From contig CALEPX010000004.1 in NCBI GenBank assembly GCA_937911045.1, forward strand, positions 17,421 to 81,420: a stretch of DNA of 64,000 nucleotides, read 5' to 3'. Under the pieces are notes generated by a model. That model searched no databases. It had not been told where the DNA came from and saw only the letters and a list, made by a program, of their open reading frames with translations. The DNA is from an uncultured Fretibacterium sp. Lineage in GTDB: Bacteria > Synergistota > Synergistia > Synergistales > Aminobacteriaceae. Positions 50,195 through 58,483 of this stretch are shown one piece after another (position 1 is the stretch's first letter; each line of letters opens with the position of its first letter). A program made the translations under genes and the position numbers.

Positions 50195-51694
50195 GTGAGT
50201 GAATATTTACTGGAAATGCGCAACATCAACAAATCTTTCCCGGGTGTGAAGGCTCTTCAAAACGTAGACTTCCAGCTTAAATCCGGAGAAGTTCACGCGT
50301 TACTTGGCGAAAACGGTGCTGGAAAATCCACGCTTATAAAAGTCCTCGGAGGAATTTACAACGCAGAACAGGGCGAGATTTTCATAAACGGCTCTCAAGT
50401 TACGATCAAAAACGTGAGTGACGCACGCTCAAACGGAATTTCGATCATACATCAGGAGCTGGTTCTTGTTCCGTACATGACTGTATACGAGAATATTTTC
50501 CTTGGGCGCGAGATTACCGGCAAATTTGGAATCGAAGGCAACAAAATGCGCCGTGAAGCTCAGAAAATGCTTGACAGATTCGATCTTGGAATTGACGCTG
50601 GAGAACTTGTCGGAAATCTGAGCATCGCACAGCAGCAAATGGTCGAGATCGTTAAGGCAATCTCGTTCAACTGCAAAATTCTCGTTATGGACGAACCGAC
50701 GTCCTCAATCTCAGATCGTGAAGTCAAGGCGTTATTCGATATTATGCGAAACTTAACGGCTCAGGGTGTCGGGATAATTTACATTTCTCACAAGATGAGC
50801 GAATTGAACGAAGTCTGTGATCGAGTTACAGTCTTGCGAGACGGGACTTACGTTGGAACTCGTGTCGTGAAAGAAACTCCGCGTGAAGAGTTAATACACA
50901 TGATGGTCGGGCGTGAACTTTCGTCGTATTACGTGCGCGATCATGTCGAGAACACCGAAACGATTCTCAAGTGCGAACACATCGACGATAATCGCAAAAC
51001 TAAGAAGCGTGTGAATGACGTAAGCTTTGAGATTCACAAAGGCGAGATTGTCGGATTTGCCGGGCTTGTCGGAGCTGGTCGAAGTGAAACCATGGAATGT
51101 ATATTCGGATTAACGCCAAATTTCACCGGAGATATAATTCTCGATGGACAGAAACTCAACATCAAAACTCCGGTTGACGCAATGAACGCCGGAATCGCAA
51201 TGGTGCCTGAAGATCGCAAACTTGACGGCTTGTATCTTGTCCAGAGTGTAAGCTTTAACTCCACGATCGAAGTCTTGCGCGAATTTATAAACAATCTGCG
51301 AGTGAATCACAATCGTGAACGTGAAATCACTCAGGAATTTATCGACAAGATGCACACAAAAACTCCCAGTCTCGAACAAACTGTCGGAAATTTATCCGGC
51401 GGCAATCAGCAGAAAGTCATGATCGGACGATGGCTCGCGACGAATCCCAAAATATTAATTCTGGACGAACCTACACGAGGCGTAGACGTTGGCGCGAAAG
51501 TCGAAATTTACGAAATCATGAACGATTTGACAAAACAGGGCGTTTCGATAATCATGATCTCGTCGGAATTGCCGGAAATCATAAACATGTCAGATCGAGT
51601 TTACGTTATGTACGACGGCAGATTAACGGGTTGCATTAACTGGCAGAATTTGAGTCAGGAAGCAATCATGAAACTCGCAACACAGGAAAACTAA
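50195..51694 (+). CDS. Sugar ABC transporter ATP-binding protein (tandem ABC domains, RbsA-like)
   Basis: Two Walker A, signature and Walker B sets (GENGAGKST, LSIAQQQ, LVMDEPT; GLVGAGRSE, LSGGNQQK, LILDEPT). GTG start. Confidence 0.9.
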   Translation: MSEYLLEMRNINKSFPGVKALQNVDFQLKSGEVHALLGENGAGKSTLIKVLGGIYNAEQGEIFINGSQVTIKNVSDARSNGISIIHQELVLVPYMTVYENIFLGREITGKFGIEGNKMRREAQKMLDRFDLGIDAGELVGNLSIAQQQMVEIVKAISFNCKILVMDEPTSSISDREVKALFDIMRNLTAQGVGIIYISHKMSELNEVCDRVTVLRDGTYVGTRVVKETPREELIHMMVGRELSSYYVRDHVENTETILKCEHIDDNRKTKKRVNDVSFEIHKGEIVGFAGLVGAGRSETMECIFGLTPNFTGDIILDGQKLNIKTPVDAMNAGIAMVPEDRKLDGLYLVQSVSFNSTIEVLREFINNLRVNHNREREITQEFIDKMHTKTPSLEQTVGNLSGGNQQKVMIGRWLATNPKILILDEPTRGVDVGAKVEIYEIMNDLTKQGVSIIMISSELPEIINMSDRVYVMYDGRLTGCINWQNLSQEAIMKLATQEN

Positions 51695-51716
51695 ATTTAA
51701 CCGGAGGCAGAAAAAT

Positions 51717-52673
51717 ATGAGAGCGATCAAGAAATATTTAATCGACAATCTCGGAATCATATGCGCGCTTGCAGGCATGATATTATTCTTGTACCTGTGG
51801 CCCGCAACACACGCGACATTCTTAACACAAACTAACATATTCAACGTTTTGCGACAGAGTTCGACGAATTTAATGCTTGCATGTGGCATGACAATGGTAA
51901 TAATTCTGGGCGGAATTGATCTCTCAGTGGGATCTATAATCGCTATGTCAGGAGTTCTCGGAGCTGCGACAGTTGTTTGGGGAGGAATGCCGGAGATTCT
52001 CGGGATTCTTGTGGCGTTGCTTTCGGGATTAATATTCGGATTATTCAACGGACTTGTGATCGCATTAACAAGTATTCCGCCATTTATCGTGACACTTGCT
52101 TCGATGAATATTGCTAAAGGCATCGCGTACGTGTATTCAGGGGGCAGACCGATTCGCTGCATGACGAACGCCTGGAAATTTCTGGGAGCTGGATACGTTG
52201 GCGCAATTCCTACACCGGTTATCACTATGACAATCGTATTCATAGCTGCAATATTAATCCTGAATCGCACTCGAACCGGACGACACATTTACGCGGTCGG
52301 CGGCAATAACACGGCTGCGAAATTCTCGGGAATTAACACAGCGAAAGTGAAATTTTTCGTGTACAGTTTCTCTGGCTTAATGGCGGGACTTGCTGGAATA
52401 ACTATCGCGAGCAGATTATATTCCGGAACTTGCACTAGCGGTGACGGCGCGGAAATGGACGCGATCGCAGCAGTTGTCGTCGGCGGAACTTCGATGGCTG
52501 GAGGCTCTGGAAAACTCGGCGGAACTTTAATCGGCGTGTTAATAATCGGCATCTTGAATAACGGCTTGAACTTGATGGGCGTAAATTCGGACTGGCAATA
52601 TATAATCAAAGGCGCGGTTATTCTACTCGCAGTTTACGTTGACTTCCTGAGAAGCACTAAGAAAGCGAAATAA
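51717..52673 (+). CDS. Sugar ABC transporter permease (RbsC-like)
   Basis: BPD_transp_2-type polytopic protein with GGIDLSVGSI and GGTSMAGGSGK motifs. Confidence 0.88.
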   Translation: MRAIKKYLIDNLGIICALAGMILFLYLWPATHATFLTQTNIFNVLRQSSTNLMLACGMTMVIILGGIDLSVGSIIAMSGVLGAATVVWGGMPEILGILVALLSGLIFGLFNGLVIALTSIPPFIVTLASMNIAKGIAYVYSGGRPIRCMTNAWKFLGAGYVGAIPTPVITMTIVFIAAILILNRTRTGRHIYAVGGNNTAAKFSGINTAKVKFFVYSFSGLMAGLAGITIASRLYSGTCTSGDGAEMDAIAAVVVGGTSMAGGSGKLGGTLIGVLIIGILNNGLNLMGVNSDWQYIIKGAVILLAVYVDFLRSTKKAK

Positions 52674-52907
52674 TATAACACGGATCTCCTCGCAAAATTT
52701 CTCTTTCTACGGGGAGATTCGCAATTCAGACTTACTCATCGGGAATACAGAACGACAAACACTCCAAGATTTCGAGATTCGTAATTCAAACTCGCTTCCG
52801 AAAAAGCTGGCTGATTACCTGAGGCGAACATATCAAAACCGGCTTTGGCTGCTCTGCTGTGCGTTGGGATTACGGCGTGCTACACACATCTATCAAGTAC
52901 AAAGAAT

Positions 52908-54410
52908 TTAATACAGCAACGGGATCATATTCGCATTAACAAAATCGATTATATTTCCGGCAAACACTCCCGTTAAAATCGCACTCGCACTCAGCATCAA
53001 CAGCGCAATTCGCATATTCATCGGCAAACGGAACGGCACTACAATCGAGTAATCATAATCTTCACCCGGGAAAAACGCGTCCGTAACAATCGGCAGCAAA
53101 TATCCAGCCGTCAATAGCGCACTCAACATCAAAATCACAACTCCGAAAATTCCAACACCTCCGAGTTCCAACGCTCCCGAAGCCATGTACCATTTCGCCG
53201 TAAATCCTCCCGAAATCGGCAGTCCAATCAACGACACAGACGCAAGCGCAAAACACGTCATAGTTACGGGCAACTCCTTCCCAACTCCGCGCAACTGGTC
53301 AGCATAATGATAATTCGCACCCTGAAGCGTGAAATAAATCACAACTCCTGCACTCAGGAACAAGCAGCTTTTCGAAACGGCATGAGCTGCAATCTGCAAA
53401 ACCGCTCCACGGATTCCATCGGGCGTTAATAGCATCATAGCGAAAACTACATACGAAACCTGACTGACCGATGACCATGCAATTCGTTTCTTCAAATGCT
53501 TCTCAGTGAACGCCATCATTGAGCCAGTGAAAATCGTCAGCAGCGCAATGTATAATATCGCCGTCTGTACCCAGGTTCCGCGCAAGAAATCTGCCCCAGC
53601 TACGTAATACACAACTCGAAACATCGCAATCACTCCGGCTTTCGTGATTAATCCGGATAAAACAGCACTCGCAGGTGTCGGCGCAACCGGATGAGCTGTC
53701 GGCAGCCAAGCATGTAACGGAATCAATCCGGCTTTCGCTCCGAAGCCCATCAACGTCAAGAATATTACGGTCAAAATCATTTCGCGATTATTCTCACTTG
53801 AGATCTTCGCAATATCCAGAAATCCTCCGGGCGTAAATTCCATCGATACACCGTACACGTGAAAGAAAAAGAATCCTCCCAACGCCAACGCAGCTCCGAT
53901 TAACGAATACAGCAAATATTTCACCGTCGCACGAATTGCCTCACGCTGTTGAGAGTGCATTACCAACGGCAGCGTCATGAACGTCATCAACTCGTAAAAC
54001 AAATACAACGTCAGCAAATTTCCGGCACAAGCTACACCTGTCAAAATCCCGAACGTTGATAAAAAGAACGCGTAGAATCTATCAACTGGCGGTCTGCGTC
54101 GCAAATACTCGAACGAATACAGCGTCACTAACACCCAAACAAACGCCACTAAACACGAAAACGCTCTTGCCGGTGCATCCATTCGAAACGCAATCGACAA
54201 ATCCTGCGTAATCCGACACAACACAATCAGATTTGATTCCGCACAGAACGCTGCTAAGAAAATTATTCCTGCACTTATGAACGTCATAAAGCCTACATAG
54301 ACATGCCTGTCCTCAAAAATCGGGCGCGAAAATAACGCAAATCCCGCAATAATCGGAAACAAAACTGACATCAAGACCAGAAAATTACTCGCAAGATTAG
54401 ACAAACACAA
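52908..54410 (-). CDS. Mrp/Mbh-type proton-conducting membrane subunit (MrpD/MbhH, NuoL/M/N family)
   Basis: About 14 TM helices and HAWLPTAHPVAPTPASAVLSG. It is the last gene of the cluster. Confidence 0.85.
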   Translation of the reverse strand: MCLSNLASNFLVLMSVLFPIIAGFALFSRPIFEDRHVYVGFMTFISAGIIFLAAFCAESNLIVLCRITQDLSIAFRMDAPARAFSCLVAFVWVLVTLYSFEYLRRRPPVDRFYAFFLSTFGILTGVACAGNLLTLYLFYELMTFMTLPLVMHSQQREAIRATVKYLLYSLIGAALALGGFFFFHVYGVSMEFTPGGFLDIAKISSENNREMILTVIFLTLMGFGAKAGLIPLHAWLPTAHPVAPTPASAVLSGLITKAGVIAMFRVVYYVAGADFLRGTWVQTAILYIALLTIFTGSMMAFTEKHLKKRIAWSSVSQVSYVVFAMMLLTPDGIRGAVLQIAAHAVSKSCLFLSAGVVIYFTLQGANYHYADQLRGVGKELPVTMTCFALASVSLIGLPISGGFTAKWYMASGALELGGVGIFGVVILMLSALLTAGYLLPIVTDAFFPGEDYDYSIVVPFRLPMNMRIALLMLSASAILTGVFAGNIIDFVNANMIPLLY

Positions 54411-55902
54411 TCACTCCTCTCGTTAATAATCTCAACAACGGCACACAGAATAATCCCAGATAAATCGTCAAAGCTATAAATATTCCCATCGAGATTTTAT
54501 AAATCATGCTGACGTTCATGTGTACTTTGGGATTGCTTTTGTCGTGCGTCAAAACTACAATTACAGCCGGAACATAATACAGCGCGTTCAATACCGAACT
54601 TGTCACAAGTGCTGCGAGCGAGAAAATCATCACCGGACTGTCAAACGACGCTAACATCAAGCTCAATTTCGACGCGAAACCTGCAAACGCCGGAATACCC
54701 ATCATAGAAAATGCCCCAGCCATCAAGCCCAAACCTGCCCAGCGATTCACGTAAAACGTTCCCATCAATGCGTGAAGACTTTTCCTGTGACCTGCTGCCG
54801 AACTCAAACCGCCTGCTGCTGTGAATAACATCGGCTTCACCGTCGCGTGTACGATTATGTGCAAACATGCTGCTGCGATTCCTGCGTTCGTGTTCAAGCC
54901 AATTCCCAAGAATATATAGCCAATCTGCGCAACTGATGACCATGCGATCATTCGCTTCACATTTACCTGACTAAGCGCATTCACCGAACCCATTATCATC
55001 GCGATAATTCCCAGCGCGAAAATAATATTATCCATACGCAATTCGTGAATCGCTTCAAAGCCAAAAACTCGCACGAAAATTTTTATCAGCAGGAATATAT
55101 GCCCCTTCAGAACCAATCCCGACAAAATCGCACTCGACGCATTCGTTGAATTTCCATGAGCATCTGGCAGCCACGACGCAAACGGATATAACGCACTCTT
55201 AATCGCAAGCCCAATCGTCGCTAAAGCAAGAGCTATCGTCAACGGCATAATATATTCACGATTCGAAATCAGATTCTTAATCGCGAGATTCATATTCTGC
55301 ATCAACAAATGTCCGGTCAAGTCATAAAGCAAACAAATCGAAATCAACAGCAATCCCGAACCGACTAAACTCATAATCATGTAACGTAACGCAGCTCTGA
55401 CAGTTTCGGGACTTTCTTTCACCGCAACAATCGCGCACGCAGCAATCGTGTTAATCTCGATGAAAACATACGCTGTGAAAATATCATTCGTGTACGTCAA
55501 CGCTAATAACGAAGCCGTCAGCAAATTCACAAGCACGCAGAATATCACGCGGCGTTTCTCCGGAATATCTTCAGCCGTAGAATCCGAATTTCCCATCAAT
55601 GACAACAGCATCGACACACAAAACACAAACGACAATATAGCCTCAAGCGGCCCGGCTCGCAACTCATTACCCCAAGGTGCGGGAAAATGCCCCATCGCGA
55701 AATTAAACGTCAAACTTTGTCCGGAATTTGTCAACGCGTAAACCAGATACGCAGACAAAATCGCGTTCACAAAAATCACAATGCACGATAATTTCTCAGG
55801 AATGCGCTTTTCATTCGGCAATATCGGAGTTATTATCGCTGCGATCATCATCAGGAATATGCTTACAAACGGGATATTATACGCGAAAATATTCACACTC
55901 AT
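54397..55902 (-). CDS. Mrp-type proton-conducting membrane subunit (MrpD-like, NuoL/M/N family)
   Basis: About 14 TM helices and ASWLPDAHGNSTNASSAILSG. It overlaps both neighbouring genes. Confidence 0.85.
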   Translation of the reverse strand: MSVNIFAYNIPFVSIFLMMIAAIITPILPNEKRIPEKLSCIVIFVNAILSAYLVYALTNSGQSLTFNFAMGHFPAPWGNELRAGPLEAILSFVFCVSMLLSLMGNSDSTAEDIPEKRRVIFCVLVNLLTASLLALTYTNDIFTAYVFIEINTIAACAIVAVKESPETVRAALRYMIMSLVGSGLLLISICLLYDLTGHLLMQNMNLAIKNLISNREYIMPLTIALALATIGLAIKSALYPFASWLPDAHGNSTNASSAILSGLVLKGHIFLLIKIFVRVFGFEAIHELRMDNIIFALGIIAMIMGSVNALSQVNVKRMIAWSSVAQIGYIFLGIGLNTNAGIAAACLHIIVHATVKPMLFTAAGGLSSAAGHRKSLHALMGTFYVNRWAGLGLMAGAFSMMGIPAFAGFASKLSLMLASFDSPVMIFSLAALVTSSVLNALYYVPAVIVVLTHDKSNPKVHMNVSMIYKISMGIFIALTIYLGLFCVPLLRLLTRGVIVFV

Positions 55903-56336
55903 AGCAACACGTCCTCGTCAGATTCTTGCAGCAAATTTTCTTCGAGAGCTTCCTGTTCGCGCGTCATCTTGAATAATGCTTCGTCGATATTCAGCGTACC
56001 GTAACTTTCATAAAGCCTCAACGTCAAAGCCAACGCAAACGCCGTCACACTCACCGAGACAACTATTCCGGTCAAGACTAATCCAGAGGGCACAGGATTC
56101 ACGTAAACACTCGCGTCGTTAATCCAGTTTCCGGCAGCATCCTGAATCAGAATCGGAGCAGCTCGTCCGGAAATATAACCCTTCGCAGCCAAGAACAAAT
56201 ATACAGCCGTGTCCATGATATTCAACCCGATAATCTTCTTGATCAAATTTCTTTGCAGCAACAAATTGCTCAAGCCGATTCCGAAAATTATCACCGCAGC
56301 AGCCTCATAATGATTCACAACAAGTTTCGCGAACAT
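55899..56336 (-). CDS. mnhC: Mrp subunit C (NuoK-like) with an acidic C-terminal tail
   Basis: Three TM helices, LIKKIIGLNIMDTAVYLFL, and a tail EALEENLLQESDEDVLL. Confidence 0.8.
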   Translation of the reverse strand: MFAKLVVNHYEAAAVIIFGIGLSNLLLQRNLIKKIIGLNIMDTAVYLFLAAKGYISGRAAPILIQDAAGNWINDASVYVNPVPSGLVLTGIVVSVSVTAFALALTLRLYESYGTLNIDEALFKMTREQEALEENLLQESDEDVLL

Positions 56337-56338
56337 TC

Positions 56339-57283
56339 CTAAATCTCCTCCTCACTGAACAGCGCGTAAAATCCGTAAAGCGTCCCAGCCACGATTAAGC
56401 CAACGCATATATTCAGTGGCAGAATTAATCCCGCACTGAAAATATTTCCGAGCTCTCCTTTGGGAATATGCGATTCGAAATCATTTGCTCCGGTGAAGAA
56501 TGACCAGCCCTTCGACAATGCGTAAATCATCAATGCAGCCGAACTCATAATCACAAATTTTCTCTCGCTGAAGAATTTATGCACGCTCTCAAATCCGTAA
56601 GCATTCGCAGCCAAAATCAGCGCAGCACTCAGAATCGCTCCTCCGGAAAATCCTCCGCCCGGTGTCAGATGCCCGTTCAAAATCACGATGCAACCCAGAA
56701 AAACAATCGCTGGGATCGAAATCAACGCAACGCCTCGCAAAATCGAATCGTCCTTAGTGAATTTGTGCAGACGTTCGCCGGAATTTTTCGAATCACGACG
56801 AGACGCAGCCAATAACATCAGCACACTCACAGCAGCCGTGAATAGCACCGCAGATTCTCCGAACGTATCAAACGCGCGATAATCCAGAATCATTCCTGAG
56901 ACGATATTTTGCGCACCAGTTTCTTCGCCGCCGGAAATTATGTAGCGTTCCATGACTTCGTTATTTGCCGGATTATTCTCAGAGCCAAATTTCGGTAATT
57001 CCGCAACAGTTGCTAGTAACAACAACACGATTACAACGCAAATCAACACGCTCATTCCTGAATACACGTTCGAGAACAAATGCAAGCCGTGAATTTCCAG
57101 CCAACGCGAGTATCTCTCATGTAAAGTCTGCTCATGAAAGCGCGAATTTCTGGATTCCTGTTTCTGCGTGAACGGCAAATCCGGTGGAGCTTCGGGAATT
57201 ATTTCTTCGTTCTCAGGTCTTGCGCCGTTGCCCATAACCCAGTTGAAAAAATTTCGCCATATGATCCTCAGATCCTCATTCAA
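56339..57283 (-). CDS. mnhB: Mrp subunit B-like protein (fused MbhE/MbhF-type modules) with an N-terminal extension
   Basis: ILDYRAFDTFGESAVLF and NGHLTPGGGFSGGAILSAA are MnhB-domain motifs. TTG start. Confidence 0.8.
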   Translation of the reverse strand: MNEDLRIIWRNFFNWVMGNGARPENEEIIPEAPPDLPFTQKQESRNSRFHEQTLHERYSRWLEIHGLHLFSNVYSGMSVLICVVIVLLLLATVAELPKFGSENNPANNEVMERYIISGGEETGAQNIVSGMILDYRAFDTFGESAVLFTAAVSVLMLLAASRRDSKNSGERLHKFTKDDSILRGVALISIPAIVFLGCIVILNGHLTPGGGFSGGAILSAALILAANAYGFESVHKFFSERKFVIMSSAALMIYALSKGWSFFTGANDFESHIPKGELGNIFSAGLILPLNICVGLIVAGTLYGFYALFSEEEI

Positions 57284-57289
57284 GACACA

Positions 57290-57508
57290 TTAAGCCTCCT
57301 CGTCACCAAAAGTTTTCTTAATTTCCGCGATAATTTCTGGTGAGACGTTCTTTCGAGTCAAAAACGCTGCGATTTTTTCTACAGTTTGTGAGCGAGCACT
57401 ATCGAACCCCTGAAAATAACCGTCAGTCCATTCCAAAAATGACGTTACTTTCGGATTATCTTTCCATTTCTCTTTCATTTTTTGTAGCTCTTCATATTCG
57501 TCTGACAT
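57290..57508 (-). CDS. 72-aa protein paralogous to the C-terminal domain of the adjacent Rpn-family nuclease (RpnS-like antitoxin candidate)
   Basis: SD AGGAGTGG lies 7 nt upstream. SFLEWTDGYFQGF...TVEKIAAFLTRKNVSPEIIAEI aligns with SFIEEWIEESENKGF...TLDEVAALLRQKGISPEIISEL of the 315-aa protein. Confidence 0.7.
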   Translation of the reverse strand: MSDEYEELQKMKEKWKDNPKVTSFLEWTDGYFQGFDSARSQTVEKIAAFLTRKNVSPEIIAEIKKTFGDEEA

Positions 57509-57535
57509 TTTTTTCCACTCCTATTTCAAACAAAC

Positions 57536-57754
57536 TTACCTGAGTTCAGAAATAATTTCCGGTGATATTCCCTTCTGCCTCAAAAGTGCTGCAACCTCGT
57601 CCAAAGTTTCTGCACGTCCCTCTGCACGACCTTCCGAACGCCCCATTGTGAAACCTTCCGAACGTCCTTCTGAACGTCCTTCTGAACGTCCTCTCATAAA
57701 ACCTTTGTTTTCGCTTTCTTCGATCCATTCCTCGATAAAAGATTTTTCCAGCAT
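57536..57754 (-). CDS. Candidate intragenic ORF giving a 72-aa C-terminal fragment of the Rpn-family protein, from an internal in-frame ATG
   Basis: GGGAGGAG (57770-57763) lies 8 nt upstream of the in-frame ATG at 57754. Confidence 0.4.
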   Translation of the reverse strand: MLEKSFIEEWIEESENKGFMRGRSEGRSEGRSEGFTMGRSEGRAEGRAETLDEVAALLRQKGISPEIISELR

Positions 57755-58483
57755 CTTGTTTTCTCCTCCCAAATTACTCTTAAATTTCTCAAATTCAAGC
57801 TTGAGTTCCTCGTCTCTGAGCCTGATTATCTGACCAACAAACATCAAAATATCCCGTCGATCTTGAATATTCCAGCCCCTGTTATTCAGTAACACAGCGA
57901 CTTCCTTCAAGTACGAGAATTTCTTGAACTCTTTCTCTCGCGTGAATCCGTTGTAATCCCTGAATTTCTTCGCAACGTAAATAATCGGATCAAACAGGTT
58001 ATTGCCACTCAATAATTCTTTGTCATTTTGAGCGTACACTTCGAAAACATTGTAAACATACCTGTGTTGCGTTCCGTACTGGTCGAACTCGTAAATTCCG
58101 GGTGTCTCGCGTTTAGGACGTTTGTGCGTGAGAATCGCCAGAGCAATCGGCATCTTGTGATAGTGCGCGAATATCAGACAGCAGTACAGCATCATTCGCC
58201 ACGAAATATCACGATTACCTTTCCCCTGAACTTCTATGTGCAGCAAAACCCACTCAGCTTCACCCGTCTTCAACTGAATCTCTACCAGCTCATCAACGTG
58301 AAGCGAAGATTTATGCTCATCAGAATTTTGCAAAGTGTCCTGCAGCTCCTGACTCAAAAATTTCGGCGCAATCGTGAAATCTGCATCGTGATAAAGCTCC
58401 GGAATAGTCTTCAGAACCAACTCCGGCAAAAATCTCCTGATACATTGTTTCCACCAAGCATCATGATCAAATTCTTCACACAT
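57536..58483 (-). CDS. Rpn/YhgA-family PD-(D/E)XK recombination-promoting nuclease / putative transposase
   Basis: HDAWWKQCIRRFLPEL N-terminus, HVDELVEIQ and VLLHIEVQGK (a D...E-x-Q core), MMLYCCLI, and (R-S/A-E-G)n repeats before the C-terminal domain. Confidence 0.75.
   Translation of the reverse strand: MCEEFDHDAWWKQCIRRFLPELVLKTIPELYHDADFTIAPKFLSQELQDTLQNSDEHKSSLHVDELVEIQLKTGEAEWVLLHIEVQGKGNRDISWRMMLYCCLIFAHYHKMPIALAILTHKRPKRETPGIYEFDQYGTQHRYVYNVFEVYAQNDKELLSGNNLFDPIIYVAKKFRDYNGFTREKEFKKFSYLKEVAVLLNNRGWNIQDRRDILMFVGQIIRLRDEELKLEFEKFKSNLGGENKMLEKSFIEEWIEESENKGFMRGRSEGRSEGRSEGFTMGRSEGRAEGRAETLDEVAALLRQKGISPEIISELR
57609..57692 (-). repeat. Seven tandem 12-nt units encoding (R-[SA]-E-G)-type tetrapeptides
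   Basis: ccttccgaacgt/ccttctgaacgt/tctgcacgtccc units on the + strand. The protein reads RSEGRSEGRSEGFTMGRSEGRAEGRAET. Confidence 0.85.

Noticed and set aside
51623-52288. A 221-aa ORF on the minus strand
   Set aside because: It lies entirely antisense to the well-supported ABC ATPase and permease genes. It has a low-complexity Pro/Ile/Ala-rich translation, no SD and no recognisable motifs, so it is a shadow ORF.
52908-57283. The Mrp-like cluster as part of a membrane-bound hydrogenase (Mbh) or Mbx complex
   Set aside because: No NiFe large or small subunit, ferredoxin-like or NuoB/C/D/I-like genes follow the antiporter-type subunits. The cluster ends at a convergent intergenic spacer.
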